Source: an uncultured Gemmatimonadaceae bacterium
GTDB taxonomy: Bacteria; Gemmatimonadota; Gemmatimonadetes; Gemmatimonadales; Gemmatimonadaceae
Direction: 5' to 3'
Assembly: GCA_963740355.1 (NCBI GenBank)
Contig: CAVUDW010000002.1
Span: forward strand, 1,952,001-2,016,000
Length of the DNA: 64,000 nt
Shown: in pieces, positions 9,164 to 16,568 of the stretch
Numbering within the stretch: the first letter of the stretch is position 1
How the letters are laid out: each line of letters opens with the position of its first letter
Position numbers and translations under genes: made by a program
Notes under the pieces: generated by a model
Told to the model about the DNA's origin: nothing
What the model saw: only the letters and a program-made list of their open reading frames with translations
Database searches by the model: none

Positions 9164-10390
9164 TCAATCCTTGTACGGGTCGAACTCGTTGTCACCCGCC
9201 ATCACGACGATCAGCGGGCGCAGCACGTGCAACACCTCCACCGTCCCCCGCTGCGCGGCCAGGACCTCGGGCAGGCGACGGTACACATGCGGGCTCTCGT
9301 CCACACCGCCACCGCGAAGGATCACACCCTTCTCCCGCACCCAGTCGCGCATCATGTTCGGCGACACCGCGCCTCGGCTCAACTGGCGGCCGGAGCGGAA
9401 GTGACGCTTTCCTGCCGCCGCCGTGCGTGACATCACACGACCGGCGCCATGCACGGTGGAATAGAGCGCCGATTCCTGCAGCGTGACCAACTCGGCTGAC
9501 GCATGATCCGCCGCCAGCCCCTGCACGATGACCGCATCGTCACCCATCGACCCACCAACGAAACCCTTCTGCCCGGGGAAGGCGGGTGTCGCACCCTTCC
9601 GGATGACGACGACCTCCTCGCCGAAGTGCGCTTCCTTCCAGGCGAAGTTGTGGTGGTTGTGGACCAGTTCCAGCTCATCACCACCAAGCAGCGCGACCAC
9701 CTTCCGCGCCACCCACTCGCGGCCGGCATAGGCGTAGGCGCCCGCAAGGTTCATCAGGTGCCAGTAGTCGTGACCGATCGGATCATCGAGGTCGAGCAAC
9801 ACCTCCGTCTCCGGCACCCGCTCACCCCATGCCTTGCCCTGGCCGAGCGCGAGGAAGTTGGAGGCAACCGTATGGCCGAACCCGCGTGATCCGAAGTGCA
9901 CGCCAACCCAGATCGCACCCCGTTCATCCACGAACACGTCCACATAGTGGTTCCCGCTTCCGACCGTCCCGAGTTGCGCCCGCGCCTTGTCGCGCAACGC
10001 CGCCCGGTGCGCGGCCGGCACTGCGTCCCAGGTCGGGTCGTCGAACAGCGCGTGGTCGATTGGTGCGTCATCCGCACGATTCTTCCGACCCATGCCGAAG
10101 CTCACCGTGGCAGAGATTTCATCGGCGAATGTAGTGAGCGCCGAGTGGATCGCTTCGGAATCGCTTCCGAATGAGGCCAGCGTGAGGTTGGTGCGGATCG
10201 CGGCGTTACCGCACGCGATGTCGAAGCCGACGCCCACAACTGAGATCCGATTGTCGTACGCCGCCACACCACCGATCGGCATCACGTAGCCCATGTGACC
10301 GTCGGCCATCAGGGCAGCGTGCTTCGCCTGCGCGCGGATGTGTTCGAACTGAATGAGGGTCTTCTCCTCATGATTTCCAAAGATCGTCAT
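9164..10390 (-). CDS. rtcB: RtcB family RNA 3'-phosphate/5'-OH ligase
   Basis: DGHMGY..PIGG, GFDIACG, GSGNHY, HFGSRG, HNHHN, RKGATPA, HGAGR and DESP motifs; AGGTG RBS. Confidence 0.96.
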   Translation of the reverse strand: MTIFGNHEEKTLIQFEHIRAQAKHAALMADGHMGYVMPIGGVAAYDNRISVVGVGFDIACGNAAIRTNLTLASFGSDSEAIHSALTTFADEISATVSFGMGRKNRADDAPIDHALFDDPTWDAVPAAHRAALRDKARAQLGTVGSGNHYVDVFVDERGAIWVGVHFGSRGFGHTVASNFLALGQGKAWGERVPETEVLLDLDDPIGHDYWHLMNLAGAYAYAGREWVARKVVALLGGDELELVHNHHNFAWKEAHFGEEVVVIRKGATPAFPGQKGFVGGSMGDDAVIVQGLAADHASAELVTLQESALYSTVHGAGRVMSRTAAAGKRHFRSGRQLSRGAVSPNMMRDWVREKGVILRGGGVDESPHVYRRLPEVLAAQRGTVEVLHVLRPLIVVMAGDNEFDPYKD

Positions 10391-10552
10391 CGTACACCTG
10401 CCATCCCTGTGGTAGTGCGCAGCGCTGTCGAGTTGTCGTGATGCGCAATGAAACTGCATGGTGAATCCCGCCGCGCGCCGTGAACCGCGCGCGACGGGTG
10501 CAAGGCACCACTGCCGATTCGTATGGGACCGAATGCGGCAGGACACCATTGC

Positions 10553-10870
10553 TCAATCAGGCTCCCAGGGGCGCTGATTGGCGTTGTCTTCGTCGCGACG
10601 GGCCTTCGCGAATTCGCGGTCGGCAGCGCGTGTTGCAGCCGTCGACTCCACGATCACGTTGACCAATCGGGCTCGCACCCTGATGAGCGAGCCGGTACAG
10701 TCCCGGAACTCGAGCCATTTCGGCTCGACCAGGCGGTTGAAGGTCTTCCGGAGGCAACAAGCGACCTCGCGGGTGACGAACACTCGTCCGAACTCTCCGG
10801 AGACGACGAAGAACTCGTCGTACGGCGGGAATTCGGCGCGCTCGTTCAGCAACTGCAGAATTCTGTTCAT
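10553..10870 (-). CDS. Hypothetical 105-aa protein between the tRNA-like RNA and rtcB
   Basis: MNRILQLLNERAEFPPYDEFFVVSGEFG...RPWEPD; protein-like composition, co-oriented with rtcB. Confidence 0.7.
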   Translation of the reverse strand: MNRILQLLNERAEFPPYDEFFVVSGEFGRVFVTREVACCLRKTFNRLVEPKWLEFRDCTGSLIRVRARLVNVIVESTAATRAADREFAKARRDEDNANQRPWEPD

Positions 10871-10983
10871 GATCGGAGTGTCAGCCAGGCGCTGGCCGCC
10901 GAGGTGGCGAGCAGCTAGCGGCTGTGGAAGTGAATGTTCAAGCCCGCACGTCAAGCGACGTGCGAAATGGAAAGACGAACAAG

Positions 10984-11109
10984 ACGGGCTGGCGGGATTT
11001 GCACCCGCATCTTCGGCATCGTGCTCCGCCGGCTCCTGCCTTCTGCAGGCACTGGGAATTCCGGCGGCGATATCGCGCTCTGAGACTGCCATTGAGCTAC
11101 ACATCCCGT
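10984..11109 (-). ncRNA. tRNA-like RNA with an elongated anticodon arm (Y RNA/YrlA-like or pseudo-tRNA)
   Basis: Minus strand reads ACGGGATGTG-TA-GCTC-AATGGCAGTCTCA-GAGC (D arm), long paired arm, AAGAT, GCGGG-TGCAAAT-CCCGC (T arm), CAGCCCGT (acceptor 3' strand). Confidence 0.75.
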
Positions 11110-11467
11110 TGGCGCGCGGCCAAAACCCATACGCGCCGAAAGTGGTGATCGACAATGCCTGCAACGTGCCGGCAGCGGCGAGTATCGAACATGAGGTGAA
11201 TCCGCCCCCGGAGCGGGGTGGAGGGACACCGCGGGCGCTCCGAGGGTGAAGCGACGTGACAGATGCACAGCGGCGGCGACGTGTTGTCGAGTCGAGTCCG
11301 TGTCGGAGCACGTACGACAGAGGAAAAACACCGGCAGGGGAGTCGCGTGTCTCTCTGCGCGGGATTTCATGTCGTACGCGTCCGTCGAGGATCGCGACAG
11401 CGCGTTCATCCAACCGGATATCCCCGAGACATGAAGGGCCTGATCCGCGGACCTCTCGCGCAGATAC

Positions 11468-11505
11468 AAAACGCCCCACCTGGCACTCGGCGCAGGCGGG
11501 GCGTA
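11468..11505 (-). terminator. Intrinsic terminator
   Basis: ACGCCCCGCCTG...CAGGTGGGGCGT hairpin followed by TTTTGT on the minus strand, just after the small ORF. Confidence 0.6.
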
Positions 11506-11535
11506 GAACGCTCCTTCTTCAGTGCAGAGGGCACA

Positions 11536-11724
11536 CTACGACGTGTGCACCTCGTCCCTGAAGCCTGCGTGGATCCAACCGTTGAGCGCATTCGCGCCCG
11601 AGACGATTAGCTGGTACAACTGCGGTCGGAATTCGCGCTTGCTCATGCACGAATCCAGCACCAGCGCGCGCTGGCAGCTGCCGACGCGCGGGTCCCTCGG
11701 ATTGCGATCAATGAGTGAAGTCAT
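11536..11724 (-). CDS. Small 62-aa hypothetical protein
   Basis: ACAGGAG RBS before the ATG; terminator downstream. Confidence 0.45.
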   Translation of the reverse strand: MTSLIDRNPRDPRVGSCQRALVLDSCMSKREFRPQLYQLIVSGANALNGWIHAGFRDEVHTS

Positions 11725-11968
11725 GCGAACTCCTGTGAACCGGTGAATCGATGGTGTGGTAAATCGCGTGCGGAAACGCAAAATCGCGCCACCGACGTTC
11801 ACGCAACGAAAAGACTCCGTTGGGTTTGAGTTGGCATTGCGATGCGACGGCACCGGCAAGGATCAACTCGTGAACATCGGGACGCGACTCCCAGAGAGAG
11901 CGATCGTAAGCGGGCCAGGATTCGATGTCAAGGGGTGCGTCAAACACCGACGAACCACACCGCGTGGC

Positions 11969-13507
11969 TCAGCGTGTATCGCGCGCCGTGAATGGCTGCT
12001 TCCGGCTCCCAAGCCGATCGTACACACGTCGCGCCGCGGCGACGGTGCCCGGTGCACGTCGCACGGCCCAGATCCGATCCCGTGCGGCGCGCATCGCCTG
12101 CACGTTGTCCACGATCGGCAGTGGATACGTGACGCCGATCTGCACGCCATACATCTGCTGCAGCATCGGCGGCATGCTGTGCGGCTCGGCGAGGGCAGCG
12201 CGCGGAACCGCGGCCAACTCGGGCACCCACTCGCGGATGAACGTGCCATCGGGATCGTGATCGAGTGACTGCTTCACCGGATTGTAGATGCGGATCGCAT
12301 TGATGCCGGTGACGCCCGACTGCATCTGGCACTGGCTGTAGTGAATGCCCGGCTCGAAGTCGAGGAACTCTCTCGCCAGCAGCACACCGGTGAATCGCCA
12401 GTGCAACCACAGGTGGTAACTCGCGAACGACATCACCATCGCACGCATGCGGAACGGCAGCCATCCCGTGGCGCGCACGGAACGCATGCAGGCATCGATC
12501 AACGGATACCCGGTATGACCTTCGTACCAGACTGACAGTCGTTCCGCGTCTGCCGTCTGTTCATCGCGCAGGCCGACGTACGCATCACACATCGTCCTGA
12601 ACTCGAGCGGGGGCTGATCCTCGAGCTTCTGCATGAAGTGGCAATGCCAGCGCAGACGGGAGCGGAAGCTCGAAATGCTCGCGCGCCATCGCGCATCGAC
12701 GTCGTCACCCGAGGCAGGACCATTGGCGAGCTGCTGCAGTCTCGCGCGCGAAGCATGTTCGCAGGTGCGGATGCTGATCGCACCGGTGCTCAGCCAGGCG
12801 CTGAGGCGGCTGCACGCGTCGGGCGCTGTGACGGGGCTCGACATCTCCCGGCGATAATCGACACCACGTTCACGAAGGAAGCTGCGTAGTGTCTCTCTTG
12901 CCACCTGTTCACCACCGTGCTGGAGGCGAGGGCGCGAATGGCGGTGCGTCGCCGACAGCGCGAGTGATGCCGCGTCGTCGCGTTCGGCCAGCGCAACGCT
13001 CGAGAGTCGCCGAGGTGCTGGCAGCGGCGCCGCTGCCATGCGGGCTTCCCAGGCGGTGGCCCATCCGTCACGCGACGGGAGGCGCCTCACCACACCGGTC
13101 TGCGGCAATTCGAGCAACTCGTGGCCATGTGCGCGGCACCATTGGCGGACGGTGCGGTCACGCTGGTAGGCGAGCCATCCCGTCGTCTCCTCGTGCGCCC
13201 AGATCGAGGTGATGCGCGACGGCTCTGCAGACTGCGCGAGCTCGCCCTGGATCGCTGCCAACACCGACGTCACCTCGCCTGTTCGCCGGTGCAACACGAC
13301 ACCACGCTCGGCGAGCGACTCGGTTAGGTCGTCGAGGCATTCGAGCACCAGACCCAGATGCCTCGGATCGTGGTCTGGGGCCTCCATCAGCGACGGCTCG
13401 TGGATGTAGAGGCACAGCACGGGCCCGCGCGCGGCCGCCGCCGTCAGTGCAGCATGGTCGCGGATTCGGAGGTCGCGCTTGAACCAGACGAGATGGATGT
13501 CACGCAT
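11969..13507 (-). CDS. Cryptochrome/deoxyribodipyrimidine photolyase family protein
   Basis: VWFKRDLRIRDH, CSRLSAWL, TGYPLIDACMR...GWLPFRMRAM, FLDFEPGIH and DPDGTFIREWVPEL motifs. Confidence 0.95.
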   Translation of the reverse strand: MRDIHLVWFKRDLRIRDHAALTAAAARGPVLCLYIHEPSLMEAPDHDPRHLGLVLECLDDLTESLAERGVVLHRRTGEVTSVLAAIQGELAQSAEPSRITSIWAHEETTGWLAYQRDRTVRQWCRAHGHELLELPQTGVVRRLPSRDGWATAWEARMAAAPLPAPRRLSSVALAERDDAASLALSATHRHSRPRLQHGGEQVARETLRSFLRERGVDYRREMSSPVTAPDACSRLSAWLSTGAISIRTCEHASRARLQQLANGPASGDDVDARWRASISSFRSRLRWHCHFMQKLEDQPPLEFRTMCDAYVGLRDEQTADAERLSVWYEGHTGYPLIDACMRSVRATGWLPFRMRAMVMSFASYHLWLHWRFTGVLLAREFLDFEPGIHYSQCQMQSGVTGINAIRIYNPVKQSLDHDPDGTFIREWVPELAAVPRAALAEPHSMPPMLQQMYGVQIGVTYPLPIVDNVQAMRAARDRIWAVRRAPGTVAAARRVYDRLGSRKQPFTARDTR

Positions 13508-13737
13508 TCGGAAGCGAACGTTCCAGGCGGGCAGAATGATCCGTCGCACGTCGGGATTCCATGGCGGGAGGGCACCGCTGCGTCAGCAGCATCATGGACG
13601 CGCGTGACTGCTCACCCATTCGGGTGACGCGGGAGCGTCAGTGTGAGGCTACACTCCGACCAGACTGATGCGCGCCCAGCGATGCGCACGGACAACCCTG
13701 GCGCAGCAGGGGGTTCGTCGTATGGTGCGAGTGCTGT

Positions 13738-14613
13738 ATGTCGCGCCGCTCATCCCCCACTTCGCCGAGCCTCGTTGTGCGTGAACTCCGAACTGTCGTT
13801 TCCCGGGTCGTCGCGGTCTGTCTCGCAGGGGCGGTCACCGTGCTTCCGCTGCGGGCGCAGAAGCCATCCGCCGATCCGTTCGGCCTCACGGCGCTGAACG
13901 CTGCCTATCGTCTCAAGCTCGGCGAGTTGTCGCTGGACCTGCAGCAAGGCGGGATGTCGCATTTCGAGCCGTACATCTATCCGCTCATGTCGGCGAACGG
14001 TGTCGAGCTGTGGGGCAAGGATGCCTCGCGTCGCGCGGATCATCTCGAGTTCAACATCCGGTACGGCATCTTCGACTCCGGTCCGGCACCAGTGCGGATT
14101 CGCGACACGGATGTACCGAACCTGATCCGCGTCGAGCATACCTCCACGAACCTCGAGGAGCATCTCGGGCATGAGGCGAAGCTGCGATTGGTGCGTGAGA
14201 GTCTTGGCGCTCCCGACGCCTGCGCGCGTGACTCTGTGGTCACGGAGATGGGGTACGCGATCGCGATCTCGTCGACGACGCTCTGGCGTCGCAGTGGGGG
14301 GATGGTCCTGTTCGTCACGCAGGTGAAGGTGCGGAAGCCTGACCCGCCGAAGCCGACGCGCGCGCCTGATCTGACCGCTGTGTATGAAGTCGTGCGATCT
14401 GGATCGCGGCCGACACCTGCCGTGCGACGGGTCCCGACAGAAATCGACGCCGGGTGCAGCATCGAACGCGACGAACTGCTCCGCCTCGCCGTGCCGCTGG
14501 ATTCTGCGGCATTCACTGCGCTGCGGCGGAGTCTGGGGCGTCGGTTGAAGTATGGGGCGGCGCTGACTCCCACGGACCTCGTTGCGGCTCGGCCAGCAAT
14601 CGGGTCGCGCTGA
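13738..14613 (+). CDS. Hypothetical secreted protein
   Basis: Signal-peptide-like N-terminus ending LRA-Q; high-GC3 codon usage. Confidence 0.7.
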   Translation: MSRRSSPTSPSLVVRELRTVVSRVVAVCLAGAVTVLPLRAQKPSADPFGLTALNAAYRLKLGELSLDLQQGGMSHFEPYIYPLMSANGVELWGKDASRRADHLEFNIRYGIFDSGPAPVRIRDTDVPNLIRVEHTSTNLEEHLGHEAKLRLVRESLGAPDACARDSVVTEMGYAIAISSTTLWRRSGGMVLFVTQVKVRKPDPPKPTRAPDLTAVYEVVRSGSRPTPAVRRVPTEIDAGCSIERDELLRLAVPLDSAAFTALRRSLGRRLKYGAALTPTDLVAARPAIGSR

Positions 14614-14636
14614 GCCGGCGCCACATGTGCGCCGGC

Positions 14637-14687
14637 AATCCGGTGACAGTGCACTCAATAAGGGATTCAATGCACTGTCACCGGATT
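14637..14687. repeat. REP-like inverted repeat pair, family A (AATCCGGTGACAGTGCAC)
   Basis: aatccggtgacagtgca...tgcactgtcaccggatt. Confidence 0.9.
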
Positions 14688-14868
14688 TCCTTTGGACTCG
14701 GCGGCATTCACCACGGTGCGGTGGAGCCTGGGACGTCGGTTGAATATTGGCGCCACTCCGTCCGCCAGCCGTGGTTTCGCGCCATTTGCCACCCCTGCGC
14801 CGCGAATATAGGTTCAACGAGACGTCTATTCCCGACGGGCGAGACTGGCGGCGGCAACGGGGGCACAG

Positions 14869-16407
14869 ATGGCGTACCGCGGAGTGGGGCTGTTCGGGAT
14901 CGGGGTCGTGCTTCTGACCGAGCTCTTGGGGACTGCCGTCGGTGCGCAGCGGCCGGTGAGAAACACCTCCTGCCTGACCGTGGTTGACGCCAGCGGGCGT
15001 TATGCGATCGCCGGGGCTCGCCTTTCCCTCGCCGACCCGAGAGTCAGTTCGGGCGCCGTGGCGATCACCGATTCGTCCGGCCGTGGCTGCCTTGCCGGAC
15101 GGGACAGCGCTGAGTTGCGGGTGGATGCGGTGGGATTCGTTCCCGTGAATCTCGTACTCGGTACCGTGGCGGCGCCGCAGGTGAGAATTCAGCCGCTTCC
15201 TGAAGGCATGATGGACGCCGAGTGGGGTGGTGCGCAGGTCGTCACCGCGTTGGCTCAGGCGCTGCGTCGTCCCGAGATCGCGCGCGACTCCGCGGCGACG
15301 GCGGTCCTCGGCGCGGTGTTGCATCGCGCCGATTCCGTTCCACTTCAGGTCACGGTGACACGTGACTCGATAGGAGTGCTGGTGTTCGGGTATGTCGATC
15401 TCACGCCGGATGGGTCACGCACCGGCGAGGTCCGCATGCGATTCAACGCGCGTCAGTCGATCGTGCTTGGTGTGACGACGACGCGGTGCGGCGAGGCGTG
15501 CAGTCGCGAGTGTGATGTCGCGGTGTCGTGGGCTCCGCGGGAAGGTGCGGGGTGGGCGATGGATGTGCTGGCGCGGAAGGATGCGTTGGGGGAGGTGACG
15601 CGGGTGGCGTTGGATCCTGGTTTGAGCGATCTGCCATCAGGCGTCGCCGCAGTCGAGGCCGTGGGACGCGCTCGCGGCGCCACTCTCGCCGTTCATGGTG
15701 TCGTGCGGAGTGAAAAGGGTCTGCCGCTTGCAGGGATTGAAGTGTACAGCGCCGATGGATCGGTTTCGACGTTGACCAATGACAGGGGTGAGTACCGATT
15801 CACAGTGCCGATGCCCCCTGGTGGTGCACTGATCACGACTCGACGTCTCGGTTGGTCTCCAGTGTTCCGAAAGGTGACTGACGCGGATGGCAGTACCATT
15901 GAATGGAATCCACAGCTCAAGTCCACCACCGTCCTTGCAACGGAACTCGTTCGCGCGACTGCCGTACACGAAGCGCTTCGCTCGTGGCGTTATAACGATT
16001 TCAACGAAAGGCGCGTGAAGGGCCTTGGCCAGTATTACACGCCGGAGGACATCTGGTCGGCGATCTCACTGGGTGACCTGCTCAATCGTGGTCATGGCAT
16101 TCGCGCGATCTTTATGTACGGCAACCGGTTGCGCAAACTCGAGGTGCCAAGTTGCCTCGCGTTTGATCAAACCGTTGGTGTGTACGTTGACGGTGTCGAG
16201 CAGACTGGCGGCATCGAACTGGTGTCTGCGGACCCCGAGATGCGTGCGAAGATGGCCGGCATGAACAGCGACAAGGCCGTCGATGTTCTGATGCGTTATG
16301 TCAATTCTGCCGTCGTTGGCATGGAGGTCTACGTGGGCCGATCTCGCATGCCCGCCGAGTATGCGAACCCGAGATACTGTGCGGTGATCGGGTTGTGGCT
16401 TCGGTAG
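14869..16407 (+). CDS. Secreted carboxypeptidase-regulatory-like domain protein with plug-like C-terminus
   Basis: GVVRSEKGLPLAGIEV...TNDRGEYRF...RRLGW; C-terminus GMEVYVG...PAEY...CAVIGLW. Confidence 0.75.
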   Translation: MAYRGVGLFGIGVVLLTELLGTAVGAQRPVRNTSCLTVVDASGRYAIAGARLSLADPRVSSGAVAITDSSGRGCLAGRDSAELRVDAVGFVPVNLVLGTVAAPQVRIQPLPEGMMDAEWGGAQVVTALAQALRRPEIARDSAATAVLGAVLHRADSVPLQVTVTRDSIGVLVFGYVDLTPDGSRTGEVRMRFNARQSIVLGVTTTRCGEACSRECDVAVSWAPREGAGWAMDVLARKDALGEVTRVALDPGLSDLPSGVAAVEAVGRARGATLAVHGVVRSEKGLPLAGIEVYSADGSVSTLTNDRGEYRFTVPMPPGGALITTRRLGWSPVFRKVTDADGSTIEWNPQLKSTTVLATELVRATAVHEALRSWRYNDFNERRVKGLGQYYTPEDIWSAISLGDLLNRGHGIRAIFMYGNRLRKLEVPSCLAFDQTVGVYVDGVEQTGGIELVSADPEMRAKMAGMNSDKAVDVLMRYVNSAVVGMEVYVGRSRMPAEYANPRYCAVIGLWLR

Positions 16408-16430
16408 CACCTGTCACGCGTGGCGATCCG

Positions 16431-16556
16431 AAATCCGGTGACAGTGCGCTCATTGGAGAATCCGGTGACAGTGCACTCATTCCCTGAATGAGTGCACTGT
16501 CACCGGATTTCCCTGTCACCGGATTTCGTGTGCAGCGGATTTCCCGTCACCGGATT
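16431..16556. repeat. Family A REP-like cluster (two forward arms, three reverse or partial arms)
   Basis: Repeated aatccggtgacagtgc / gtcaccggatt. Confidence 0.9.
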
Positions 16557-16568
16557 CTCTCGGCCGGA

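Noticed and set aside
10984..11109. Canonical functional tRNA
   Set aside because: T loop is TGC rather than TTC, the acceptor is bulged and mismatched, the anticodon arm is oversized and there is no canonical anticodon stem-loop; kept as a tRNA-like ncRNA.
10553..11479. 308-aa ORF (and 10951-11469) spanning the rtcB upstream region
   Set aside because: The 5' parts run through the tRNA-like RNA and hairpins and read as non-protein; only 10553-10870 was kept.
11708..11947. 79-aa minus-strand ORF after the photolyase
   Set aside because: No RBS or motif, and it overlaps the better-supported small ORF; cannot be supported.
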